In this document: positions 42,350-50,984 of the stretch, in pieces
How the letters are laid out: every line of letters begins with the position of its first letter
Numbering within the stretch: the first letter of the stretch is position 1
NCBI GenBank assembly: GCA_964428485.1
Contig: CAYRYP010000002.1
Location: forward strand, 1,831 to 54,227
Direction of reading: 5' to 3'
Source of the DNA: an uncultured Coriobacteriaceae bacterium
GTDB taxonomy: Bacteria; Actinomycetota; Coriobacteriia; Coriobacteriales; CADBOM01
Length of the DNA stretch: 52,397 bases
Notes under the pieces: model-generated
The model's database searches: none
Seen by the model: only the letters and a program-made list of their open reading frames with translations
What the model was told of the DNA's origin: nothing
Made by a program: the position numbers and the translations under genes

Positions 42350-43327
42350 ATGGCTCCGCTCTCAACCGGAAAACGCAGGAATGTCGGCCCGGTTACGGCA
42401 CTGATAGCCGCCGCCGTGCTGTCGCTCGCTCTTATGACCGCATGGTCGGTGGAGGGAACAAACGGTCCGCTCCACTCTGCCAAGAACGTTGTTGCCACGA
42501 TTGTCTCGCCGTTTCAGCGCGTAGGTGCCATTGTTGCCACGCCGTTCCAGGCGATAGTCAACGGATTCATCAACGTCTCCGCCTCCACAGAGGAGCTCAC
42601 AACGCTCGAGCAGGAGAATGCGGAGCTTCGGGCGCAGCTCGCCGAGTACGAGGAGTATCGCCTCGAGAATGAGAGGCTCACCGCTCTTCTCGACATGGCT
42701 ACTTCGTACAACATCGAGACCACGGGCGCCAGGGTGATATCGCGGAGTACGGATTCGTGGAACAGGACCATAACGATTGATAAGGGATCGGTTGACGGGA
42801 TCACCATAGGCATGCCGGTGATGAGTTCCTCGGGACTCATCGGCCAGACGGAGTCGGTTGCCGCCAACACCTCGGTAGTGAGACTCATAACCGACGAGCA
42901 GAGCGCGGTCTCTGTGTTGCTACAGAACAGTCGCACCGAGGGAGTGCTGACAGGCTCGCCAGACGGCCTTCTCTATCTCGATTACATATCGACGGACACA
43001 GAGGTGGAGCTCGGGGAAGCGGTCGTCACCTCTGGGCTTGGGGGAGTCTATCCGAGTGGGATCACCGTGGGGATCGTTTCACGTATCACGGGAGACGAGA
43101 ACGACACCTATAGGACCATCGTCGTGACACCGCTGGCCTCGTTCGATATCAACGAGGAGGTCATCATACTCATAGGCGACGAGACTGAGGTGACCTTCTC
43201 CGCATCCGTGGCTGAGGATCAGGATAGCAGCTCAGATAGCTCCAGCTCCGACTCCTCCAGCGGTTCGTCCGGAGATGGGGACGACGATACCACCTCAACC
43301 GACACGGACGAGGGAGGTGATGGATGA
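42350..43327 (+). CDS. mreC: Rod shape-determining protein MreC
   Basis: N-terminal TM, coiled coil (LTTLEQENAELRAQLAEYEEYRLENERL), and beta-barrel motifs GMPVMSSSGLIGQTESV and VVTSGLGGVYPSGITVGIV. Acidic Ser-rich tail. Confidence 0.85.
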   Translation: MAPLSTGKRRNVGPVTALIAAAVLSLALMTAWSVEGTNGPLHSAKNVVATIVSPFQRVGAIVATPFQAIVNGFINVSASTEELTTLEQENAELRAQLAEYEEYRLENERLTALLDMATSYNIETTGARVISRSTDSWNRTITIDKGSVDGITIGMPVMSSSGLIGQTESVAANTSVVRLITDEQSAVSVLLQNSRTEGVLTGSPDGLLYLDYISTDTEVELGEAVVTSGLGGVYPSGITVGIVSRITGDENDTYRTIVVTPLASFDINEEVIILIGDETEVTFSASVAEDQDSSSDSSSSDSSSGSSGDGDDDTTSTDTDEGGDG

Positions 43328-43893
43328 TGTCGCGCCTTCAGATGGACCTTCCGGGAACCCATTCCACCGGCGGTTCTGACAAGGACAACCTGGTCAGGGT
43401 CTTTGTGATCTGCCTTATCGGCTTTCTTTTGCAGGTGATCCTAGCCCCCAATATCGCGATCAATGGGATCTCCCCGAACTTCATGCTGGTCGTGCTGGCT
43501 CTGGTTGCGATCATCACCACGCAGTTCGGATGCGTCGTCGCGGGCTTTGTGATGGGCCTTCTGTTCGACCTTTTAGGAGGAGGGCCTGTGGGTTCCATGA
43601 CTCTCGTCATGTCTGTGGTGGGGTTCGCCCTCCCGATGCTGATCAAGTCCGTCTCTACTCAGAGCTTCGTCTCGTGGATCATCGTGATGGCCGTCGTTTC
43701 GGTGGTTTCGTTTCTTGCCTACGACGTGGTCTGCGCCATCACCGGCTACGAGACCTCGTTCCTCGCGTCGATAGTCTTCAAGGTTCTGCCGTGGACCGTC
43801 TACACGCTGGTGTCGGCGGCTATAGCGTTTCCGATTATGCGCAAGACTCTCGGCAGGAGGAATAAGTCGATGGAGTCCCGCATATCCCTGTGA
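43324..43893 (+). CDS. mreD: Rod shape-determining protein MreD
   Basis: 189-aa polytopic membrane protein. ATGA overlap with the mreC stop. Canonical position between mreC and mrdA. Confidence 0.75.
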   Translation: MMSRLQMDLPGTHSTGGSDKDNLVRVFVICLIGFLLQVILAPNIAINGISPNFMLVVLALVAIITTQFGCVVAGFVMGLLFDLLGGGPVGSMTLVMSVVGFALPMLIKSVSTQSFVSWIIVMAVVSVVSFLAYDVVCAITGYETSFLASIVFKVLPWTVYTLVSAAIAFPIMRKTLGRRNKSMESRISL

Positions 43894-43962
43894 TCTCATC
43901 CGGGGGCCCGCGACACCTTTTGCGCGGGCGCGCCATGAGGGAAAGGCAAACCGTTCGAGCCG

Positions 43963-46026
43963 ATGCCGGCATTTGTTTTTGCGATAGTGATCTTTCTGGT
44001 GGTCGCGATCCTCGTGGTCGTGGGCATCCTGATTGCGCGCCGCACGATAGCGTTGCATGGACCGCTTCGTGTCAAGAGAAGCTTCAAGCTCAAGGGCGAC
44101 TCTTCCAAGGGCGGCATAACCGTGACCCACAAGCAGGGCACCCGCGCCGGCGACTCGCACAGGACCACCTCCAAGAGCCGCATCAACATATTCAGCGCCG
44201 TGGTCGCTGCCGTTCTAGGCGTCATCGCCGTGAGGGTCTGGGCGTTGCAGGTGTTGAGTGGTGCGCAGTATTCCAGTCGCGCGCAGTCCAACATGACCTC
44301 CGAGTCGTCCATCCCCGCGCGCCGTGGACGCATTCTCGACCGCAATGGTCGAGAGCTCGCCACCAACCGCACCTCGCGCACCGTCGTGGGCGAGTCGAGC
44401 CTAGCCGACGACCGTCCCCTCGTTCACAGGCTTTCGCTCGTGCTAGGGATTCCCGAGCAGGCTATCCGCGCCAGGCTCATGGACGAGACAACCGGCACCT
44501 CCGAGAACGTCATAGCCTCGGATGTCTCGATGCGCGCGATCTCCTACATTGAGGAGAATAAGGCGCTTTTCGAGGGTGTATCCGTGGAGACGAGGTCGGT
44601 GAGGGTCTATCCCTATGGATCGATGGCTGCGCACCTGCTCGGCTACGTTGGTACGATCTCCGAGGAGCAGCTCAACGCCGAGACGGAGGGGATCACGTAC
44701 CAGTCCGGTGATACGGTTGGCAAGACCGGGGCCGAGTCGGCATTCGAGAGTGTGCTGCAGGGAACCAAGGGCGCCAAGGTCTATCGAGTCGACTCCAGCG
44801 GTAACACGCTCGGCGTGATCGAGGAGATCGACCCCGATCCGGGCAACGACGTGAAGCTCACCATCGACCTAGACGTGCAGCAAGTGGCTGAGGAAGCGCT
44901 TACAGATGGCCTTGAGTCCGCGCGCAGCTCCGGGTACGAGAACGCCTACTGCGGTGCCATCGTCGTCGTCGATGTGAAGACCGGCGGCATAATAGCGATG
45001 GCCTCCGCACCCTCCTTCGACCCCAACGAATTCGTCAACGGGATCTCGAGCGAGGCGTGGGATTCGCTTACCAACGAGGATTCCAACTACCCGATGACCA
45101 ATCGTGCCATCGCCGGCCAGTACCCTGCTGCATCCACCTACAAGGCGTTCACGGGCTTGGCGGGGCTCAGCTACGGGCTGATCAACTCTACTACGACGAC
45201 TGCATGTTCTGGAACCTGGACCGGTTTTGGAGAGGCCTACTCGCAGAACTGCTGGAGCTCCACCGGCCATGGGTCGCTCGACATATACGGTGCGATCTCC
45301 AACTCGTGCGACGTCTACTTCTACGAGATGGCGACCGCTTTTTGGGGGATCCGCGACGAGGATGAGGATGCGCTCCCCAACTATCTCAAGAGTTGGGGTT
45401 TCGGCTCCACTACCGGCATCGACATCAGTGGGGAGATGTCCGGGCGAGTTCCGAACAGCGAGTGGAAGGCTGAGTACTACTGGCAGACTCCCGAGGAGGC
45501 CCAATGGCTTCCCGGAGACCTCACCAACATGTCGATCGGTCAGGGCGACGTGCTCGTCACGCCGCTCCAGATCGCTATTGGTTACGCCGGCGTGGCCACA
45601 GGGCAGCTGTACAAACCCCACGTGCTCTACGAGGTATTGAATACGGAGGGTATGACGGTCATCTCTGAGAGCGTGACCCAGAGCGACTTTAGTCCGGAAG
45701 CCTCGGAGGAGAACCTTGCGATCATGCGCGACGCGCTGCGTCTCGTCGTCACCAGTGGAGGAGCTGCAAGCCTGTTCTCCGGCTTCCCGGTCGCCGTGGC
45801 CGCCAAGTCCGGAACGGGCGAGACAGGAAGCTCCGAGAGGGATGACTACGCGTGGTTCGTCGCATATGGCCCCATCGATGACCCGCAATACTGCTGCGCG
45901 TGTGTGTTGGAGCAGGGCGGCGGCGGAACTTCGTCGGCCGGCCCGCCGGTCAGGCGTGTGCTCGCCCAGGTGTTCGGCGTAGACGAAGATGAAACCGTGT
46001 CCGTGGCAGAGACAGGTGAGCGCTGA
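43963..46026 (+). CDS. mrdA: Penicillin-binding protein 2 (class B elongasome transpeptidase)
   Basis: N-terminal TM, dimerisation domain (RGRILDRNGRELATN), SxxK (ASTYKAF), SNSCDVYFY, and KSGTGE. Confidence 0.9.
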   Translation: MPAFVFAIVIFLVVAILVVVGILIARRTIALHGPLRVKRSFKLKGDSSKGGITVTHKQGTRAGDSHRTTSKSRINIFSAVVAAVLGVIAVRVWALQVLSGAQYSSRAQSNMTSESSIPARRGRILDRNGRELATNRTSRTVVGESSLADDRPLVHRLSLVLGIPEQAIRARLMDETTGTSENVIASDVSMRAISYIEENKALFEGVSVETRSVRVYPYGSMAAHLLGYVGTISEEQLNAETEGITYQSGDTVGKTGAESAFESVLQGTKGAKVYRVDSSGNTLGVIEEIDPDPGNDVKLTIDLDVQQVAEEALTDGLESARSSGYENAYCGAIVVVDVKTGGIIAMASAPSFDPNEFVNGISSEAWDSLTNEDSNYPMTNRAIAGQYPAASTYKAFTGLAGLSYGLINSTTTTACSGTWTGFGEAYSQNCWSSTGHGSLDIYGAISNSCDVYFYEMATAFWGIRDEDEDALPNYLKSWGFGSTTGIDISGEMSGRVPNSEWKAEYYWQTPEEAQWLPGDLTNMSIGQGDVLVTPLQIAIGYAGVATGQLYKPHVLYEVLNTEGMTVISESVTQSDFSPEASEENLAIMRDALRLVVTSGGAASLFSGFPVAVAAKSGTGETGSSERDDYAWFVAYGPIDDPQYCCACVLEQGGGGTSSAGPPVRRVLAQVFGVDEDETVSVAETGER

Positions 46027-47219
46027 TGCCCGTTTCACCTCATATGGAAAACCCAAAGCGCGAGCGTGCTTCGCGCAAGAACAAGTTCTTCGGCCGTGTC
46101 AACAAGCCCTTCATCGCGGTACTTGCGTGTCTGGTGGTCTACGGCCTGGTTAACATGTGGGCGGTGACGCTCGATAGCTCGGAGTACTCCGTGAGCAGGC
46201 AGATCCTCGGTGTCGGGCTCGGCGTCGTGTTCATGCTCATAATGTGGAAGATCGACTATCAGATCTTCGCTCCGATGCTCGTGCCCCTGCTGGTAATCGA
46301 CGTGGTTCTGCTGCTCTCCCCGCATCTGCCCATCATCGGTTACTCCAGCGGAGGTGCGCAGTCGTGGGTGAACCTGGGTATAAGGTTTCAGCCCGGCGAG
46401 CTGGCCAAGCTCGTTACGATCCTTCTGATGGCATCGATGGTCTCGCGCTACCAGGGGCGCATCGACAACCCGCGCGAGTACATCAAGTGTCTGGGTCTGC
46501 TGATGGTGCCCTTCCTGTGCATCATGACCCAGCCCGACCTTGGAAGTGGTCTGGTGCTGTTGGTCATTGGCGCCGTCATACTCTTCGTGGGAGGGGCGAA
46601 CAGGCGCTTCATTCTGCTGACGCTCGCTGTGCTGGTGGCGCTGGTGGCTATACTGCTCATACTCGACCCGATCTTCGACAGCATTGCCGGTGACGATGTG
46701 TTCATCAAGGACTACCAGATCAACCGCCTCCTGGTGTTCCTCGACCACGACATCGACCCAACCGGTTCCGGCTACAACCTCGACCAGGCGTTGATCGCCA
46801 TCGGCAGCGGCGGGTTATTCGGCAAGGGTCTGGGCAACGCTACCCAGTCGTCGCTGGGCTTTCTGCCCGAGGCACCCACCGACTTCATCTTCTGCACCGT
46901 CGCGGAGCAGCTGGGATTTTTCGGTGTGCTTCTTCTGCTCGCGCTCTTCGGGGCACTGCTGTTCATCTGCATCCGGATGACCAGGAGCGTGGGAACCCTC
47001 TTTGGTAGGCTGATAATCATGGGGGTCTGCGGGATGTGGCTCTTCCAGATACTCGAGAACATTGGGATGTGCTGCGGCCTCATGCCCATCACGGGAATCC
47101 CGTTGCCGTTCATGAGCTTCGGATCCTCTGCGATGATACTCAACCTCGGATGCGCGGGCCTCATATGCTCGGTATGGTCTGGGGAGAGGAGCCGTCCCAA
47201 GGCCACTGATGGAGCGTGA
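46026..47219 (+). CDS. rodA: Peptidoglycan glycosyltransferase RodA (SEDS family)
   Basis: FtsW/RodA/SpoVE motifs (QPGELAKL, QPDLGSG, GSGGLFGKGLG, LPEAPTDFIF, PITGIPLPFMSFGSS). TGATG overlap with the mrdA stop. Confidence 0.92.
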   Translation: MPVSPHMENPKRERASRKNKFFGRVNKPFIAVLACLVVYGLVNMWAVTLDSSEYSVSRQILGVGLGVVFMLIMWKIDYQIFAPMLVPLLVIDVVLLLSPHLPIIGYSSGGAQSWVNLGIRFQPGELAKLVTILLMASMVSRYQGRIDNPREYIKCLGLLMVPFLCIMTQPDLGSGLVLLVIGAVILFVGGANRRFILLTLAVLVALVAILLILDPIFDSIAGDDVFIKDYQINRLLVFLDHDIDPTGSGYNLDQALIAIGSGGLFGKGLGNATQSSLGFLPEAPTDFIFCTVAEQLGFFGVLLLLALFGALLFICIRMTRSVGTLFGRLIIMGVCGMWLFQILENIGMCCGLMPITGIPLPFMSFGSSAMILNLGCAGLICSVWSGERSRPKATDGA

Positions 47220-47223
47220 TATG

Positions 47224-47242
47224 CGCCCTTACCTGAAGGGCG
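47224..47242 (+). terminator. Short hairpin after rodA (weak terminator or attenuator)
   Basis: CGCCCTT-acctg-AAGGGCG, followed by TTGAGGATATAATCGCTTTT. There is no clean U-tract. Confidence 0.35.
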
Positions 47243-47249
47243 TTGAGGA

Positions 47250-47255
47250 TATAAT
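47250..47255 (+). promoter_or_regulatory. Consensus -10 hexamer TATAAT upstream of the DUF697-like gene
   Basis: A perfect TATAAT lies 75 nt upstream of the ATG at 47331. Only a weak -35 (TTACCT-like) is present. Confidence 0.3.
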
Positions 47256-47330
47256 CGCTTTTAAACAAAGTTGAGCAACCAGTAGTCGCGCAGGGTTGGC
47301 GTGGCCTTCGGAAGACAAGGAGTGTGCGTC

Positions 47331-48386
47331 ATGACTGGATTCTCCGTCGACTCTATAATCGATGGCATTCTCAATACCGCAGAGGACGAGCCGGCGAATG
47401 TGCGCGAGGACATCAACCTCGCGATCTTCGTCGACGAGAGCGTCGACGCACAGATGATCGCATGCATCAAGAATGCGCTCATGCCCACGGACGATCACGT
47501 GCGCATGCATGTGGAGCCCTTCTTCGACGATCCCACCGAGGTCGATCCGCGCGCCGATCTTACTATCATCGTTGCGAATGCCTCGCCGTGGGTGGGGGCT
47601 ACCGCCGCGATCTCCAACTCCAAGGGAATCCCCACGGTGGTGCTCGCGCAGAACCTTGTTGCGGTGGTGGACAACGCGGAGTGCACGCAGTTTCCGCTGG
47701 AGCTAGCCGATGTCATAGCCCGCGAGTCCATCTCGATGGGCCTCTCCGGAAACATCGCGAGCACGCTCTCCAATGTCGGCAGGGTCGGTGCCATGGCACT
47801 GGGCACCGTGGGCGAGATCGTTCGAAACGTACCCAACATCTTCGCTGGACGCCCGATGTCCAAGGTTACGAGTCCGTTTGCCGTGCAGCCCGCCGCCTCG
47901 CATTCGCCCTACGCCGACATGCTCGACGAGCTGGCGGAGTGGGTCATGCGCAACGCACCTGCCATCAGGACCGCCTTTTCGAAGTCGTTCCCGTTTGCGC
48001 GGGAGGCCAAGATCAGGAGCATCATCCGCTCCGCTGCCTACCAGAACGCGGTCACCGCGGCGGTCTTCTTCATGCCGGGGGCGGATCTCCCGGTCATGAC
48101 CACCAATCAGGTCAAGATGCTCATCCAGCTCGAGCGCCAGTACGGATATGGGCTCGACAAGCAGACGATATTCGAGGCGGCCGCCATCGTGGTGTTCGCC
48201 TTCATGTCGAGGACCGTGGTGCGCAAGGTGTGCAAATCGGTTCCGATGCTCTCGTGGTTCGTGAAGATCCTTGCGGGATACCTGATAACCCTTGGGATGG
48301 GGCAGGCGATCATGGCCTACTGCGAGACGGGGAGGGACATCCTCTCCTGTCCGGCGTGCTCTTGGATCGAGAGTCGTGAGCGGTAG
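47331..48386 (+). CDS. Hypothetical protein with a DUF697-like C-terminal membrane-associated domain
   Basis: AAGGAG SD 9 nt upstream. The C-terminal part (AVTAAVFFMPGADLPVMTTNQVKMLIQLERQYGYGLDK...SVPMLSWFVKILAGYLITLGMGQAIMAY) follows the P-G-A-D / Q-x-x-M / YG pattern I associate with DUF697. The N-terminal 200 aa or so are unassigned. Confidence 0.5.
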   Translation: MTGFSVDSIIDGILNTAEDEPANVREDINLAIFVDESVDAQMIACIKNALMPTDDHVRMHVEPFFDDPTEVDPRADLTIIVANASPWVGATAAISNSKGIPTVVLAQNLVAVVDNAECTQFPLELADVIARESISMGLSGNIASTLSNVGRVGAMALGTVGEIVRNVPNIFAGRPMSKVTSPFAVQPAASHSPYADMLDELAEWVMRNAPAIRTAFSKSFPFAREAKIRSIIRSAAYQNAVTAAVFFMPGADLPVMTTNQVKMLIQLERQYGYGLDKQTIFEAAAIVVFAFMSRTVVRKVCKSVPMLSWFVKILAGYLITLGMGQAIMAYCETGRDILSCPACSWIESRER

Positions 48387-50238
48387 CCTGTGGAGCAGGG
48401 TCGAGCCCCTACTTCTGTCCTGCGAACACCCCTCTAGGTACACTGACGGCGAGTTCGGGGCGATACACCGCCCGGACGCGCGTTACCGTTTCACGCTCGT
48501 CTATCCCGACGTCTACGAGGTGGGTCTTCCCAACCAGGGGTTGTCGATCCTCTACCGCATAATCAACCAGATCGATGGGGCCTGCGCCGAGCGCGCCTAC
48601 GTGCCGTGGGGCGACATGGCCGCCAAGATGCGGGAGAACTCCATCCCCCTGTGGTCGCTGGAGTCCTTCGAGCCGCTTGCTGCCTCCAATGTGGTGGGGT
48701 TCACGCTGCAGCACGAGCTCTGCTACACGAACATCGTCGAAGCACTGGATTTGGCGGGGATTCCTATTCTGGCCTCCGAGCGCGCCGATGGTTGTCCTCT
48801 TGTGGTCGCTGGCGGTCCTGCTGCATACAACTGTGAGCCGGTGGCGGGCCTGTTCGACGCCGTAATGGTGGGCGAGGGCGAGGAGGTCAACGTCGAGTTC
48901 GTGCTCGAGCACATGCGACTGATCGATGAGGGGGCTAGCCGCGGAGAGATTCTGCGCGCGATCGCGAGGATCCCGGGCATCTACGTGCCCTCGCTCTACG
49001 GGCCCGATCCCGAGTGTCCGGAGCGCGTCGTCCCGCTGGAGACCTGGGTTCCCAAGGTCATAAGCAAGCGCGTCTTGGCCGACTTCGACGCGGGATCCCC
49101 GCATGCGATGCCCGTCGTCCCCTACGCCGATCTCGTCCACGACCGCCTTGCCGAGGAGATACTTCGGGGGTGCTCGCGCGGGTGCCGTTTCTGCCAGGCC
49201 GGCATGACCTACCGCCCGGTCAGGGAGCGACCCGCCGACTCCGTCGTCGCTGGGGTTCTCGAGGGCCTTGCGGCCACAGGTCACGACGAGGTGTCACTCA
49301 CCTCGTTGTCATCCACCGACCATTCCCAGATCGAGGATATACTTCGCAGGCTCGATGCCGCCGTGGACGGGATGGGCATCTCGCTGTCCCTGCCGTCGCA
49401 ACGTCTCGACAGCTTCGGGGTGGACATGGCCCTGCTGGCGCTCGGCGGGGGCAAGAAGGGCGGCCTAACATTCGCCCCTGAGGCGGGCACGCAACGCATG
49501 CGCGACATCATTAACAAGAACGTCACCGAGGACGATCTTCTCGGCGCGGTGGCGGCGGCGTTCGGCGCTGGATGGAGGAGGCTCAAGCTCTACTTCATGA
49601 TCGGTCTGCCGTTTGAGACCGACGAGGACGTCGCCGGCATAGTGGACCTCGCCAACCGCACCTACGCTTTCGCGAAGGATCAGGTCCCCGACAACGAGCG
49701 GGGCAACGTCCGTCTCACCATCTCGTGCTCGATATTCGAGCCCAAGGCGCAGACGCCCTTCCAGTGGTGCGGCATGTGCACCCTCGAGGAGGCCAGGCGC
49801 AAGGTCGGGATCATCCAGAACGGACGCCTGCACAAGGGCATCGATTTCAACTGGCACGACCCGGAGGCCTCGATGGTCGAGGGCGCGTTCTCACGCGGCG
49901 GACGGGAGCTCCTCGACGTGGTGATCGGCGCCTGGGAGCGAGGGTGTACGTTCGACGCGTGGAGCGAGAAGTTCGACCTGTCAAAGTGGATCGATGCCGC
50001 AGAATCGGCGGGAATCGACCTGCAGGAGGTTGCGAGCAGGGCCTTCGAGGTTGGAGGTCCGCTGCCCTGGTCCCACATCTCTGCGGGCATCGACGAGTCG
50101 TATCTGATAGATGAGCTTCGAAGGGCGCGTGAGGGAGTGACCACCTCCGACTGCACCTTCGGTCCATGCACGGGCTGTGGTGTGTGTGCAAACCTCGGTG
50201 TGAGAAACGTGATCGGGGGCAAACGTGGCAGAGGGTAG
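48376..50238 (+). CDS. TIGR03960-type radical SAM protein (B12-binding-like N-domain + radical SAM core)
   Basis: The start VSGSLWSRVEPLLLSCEHPSRYTDGEFG resembles the family N-terminus. CxxxCxxC is present as CSRGCRFCQAG (49171-49194). The GTG at 48376 overlaps the upstream gene by 11 nt. Confidence 0.85.
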   Translation: MSGSLWSRVEPLLLSCEHPSRYTDGEFGAIHRPDARYRFTLVYPDVYEVGLPNQGLSILYRIINQIDGACAERAYVPWGDMAAKMRENSIPLWSLESFEPLAASNVVGFTLQHELCYTNIVEALDLAGIPILASERADGCPLVVAGGPAAYNCEPVAGLFDAVMVGEGEEVNVEFVLEHMRLIDEGASRGEILRAIARIPGIYVPSLYGPDPECPERVVPLETWVPKVISKRVLADFDAGSPHAMPVVPYADLVHDRLAEEILRGCSRGCRFCQAGMTYRPVRERPADSVVAGVLEGLAATGHDEVSLTSLSSTDHSQIEDILRRLDAAVDGMGISLSLPSQRLDSFGVDMALLALGGGKKGGLTFAPEAGTQRMRDIINKNVTEDDLLGAVAAAFGAGWRRLKLYFMIGLPFETDEDVAGIVDLANRTYAFAKDQVPDNERGNVRLTISCSIFEPKAQTPFQWCGMCTLEEARRKVGIIQNGRLHKGIDFNWHDPEASMVEGAFSRGGRELLDVVIGAWERGCTFDAWSEKFDLSKWIDAAESAGIDLQEVASRAFEVGGPLPWSHISAGIDESYLIDELRRAREGVTTSDCTFGPCTGCGVCANLGVRNVIGGKRGRG

Positions 50239-50908
50239 CTTCAGGCTCAGGATCTCCTACACGAAGCTCGGCAGACTCAGATATCTCTCCCACCTCGAGA
50301 TGACGAGATGCCTAGAGAGGTGCATACGCCGCGCGGGACTGCCCTTCGCGGTGACGCAGGGGTTCTCGCCGCACATGAAGCATGCGTTTGGTTGGGCGCT
50401 TCCAGTGGGCGTGGGGAGCACCTGCGAGTACGCCGACATCTGGCTCACCGAGTACGTGGAGTCAGAAGAGGTGCTCAGCTCGTTCGAGGGTGCTCTTCCC
50501 GAGGGCCTTCGGATCACAGGGGTGTCGTACGTTGATCCCAGGGGGAGTTCGCTGGAGTCGGAGTTCCCCTGCTCCGACTACGAGGTCTGCTTCGAGGGGG
50601 GCGTCGAGAACGTTCGCCAGGCCCTCTCGGCTCTGCTGGATGTTGGCAGTATCACAGTGATTCGCAAGAAGAAGGAGAAGGTAGTTAGATTCGAGGGGCT
50701 GCTGCTTGGCACCCCGGAGGTCTCTGCCTCAGAGGGTGACCCCTCCTATGCGACCATGAGTATGCGCACCTTCACGGAGGGCAGGGGTTCGCTTCGGGCC
50801 GACCTCTTCGTCGGCGAGATGGAAAGGATGGCCGCGGGTTCTATCCGCCGCCTTTCGATAACGCGGGTCGCACAGCATGGCGATCCCCGCGCCACGCAGA
50901 ACAAATGA
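50225..50908 (+). CDS. Radical SAM-linked protein (DUF2344 / TIGR03936 family)
   Basis: FRLRISYTKLGRLRYLSHLEMTRCLERCIRRAGLPFAVTQGFSPHMKHAFGWALPVG is typical of the family. The GTG start overlaps the radical SAM gene by 14 nt. Confidence 0.8.
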   Translation: MAEGSFRLRISYTKLGRLRYLSHLEMTRCLERCIRRAGLPFAVTQGFSPHMKHAFGWALPVGVGSTCEYADIWLTEYVESEEVLSSFEGALPEGLRITGVSYVDPRGSSLESEFPCSDYEVCFEGGVENVRQALSALLDVGSITVIRKKKEKVVRFEGLLLGTPEVSASEGDPSYATMSMRTFTEGRGSLRADLFVGEMERMAAGSIRRLSITRVAQHGDPRATQNK

Positions 50909-50984
50909 TGCTAGACTTGGCTTTCGCGGGCATTTCCCGCATTACATATCGCATTGCCCCAGCGCAGGAGCGTTGGAGGGAGGA

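Noticed and set aside
47324-48379. A second 351-aa ORF on the same strand, fully overlapping the 47331-48386 gene in another frame. It could be read as a dual-coding region.
   Set aside because: Its translation is an Arg/His/Gly-rich string (RRRERRRTDDR, GRSRAHACG...) typical of an off-frame reading of GC-rich DNA. The 47331 frame has an SD, G/C-rich third positions and a recognisable C-terminal domain.
50909-50984. A possible T-box leader upstream of tyrS.
   Set aside because: Only about 76 nt separate the DUF2344 stop from the tyrS start. That is too short for a T-box (specifier loop plus antiterminator), and no T-box sequence is visible.
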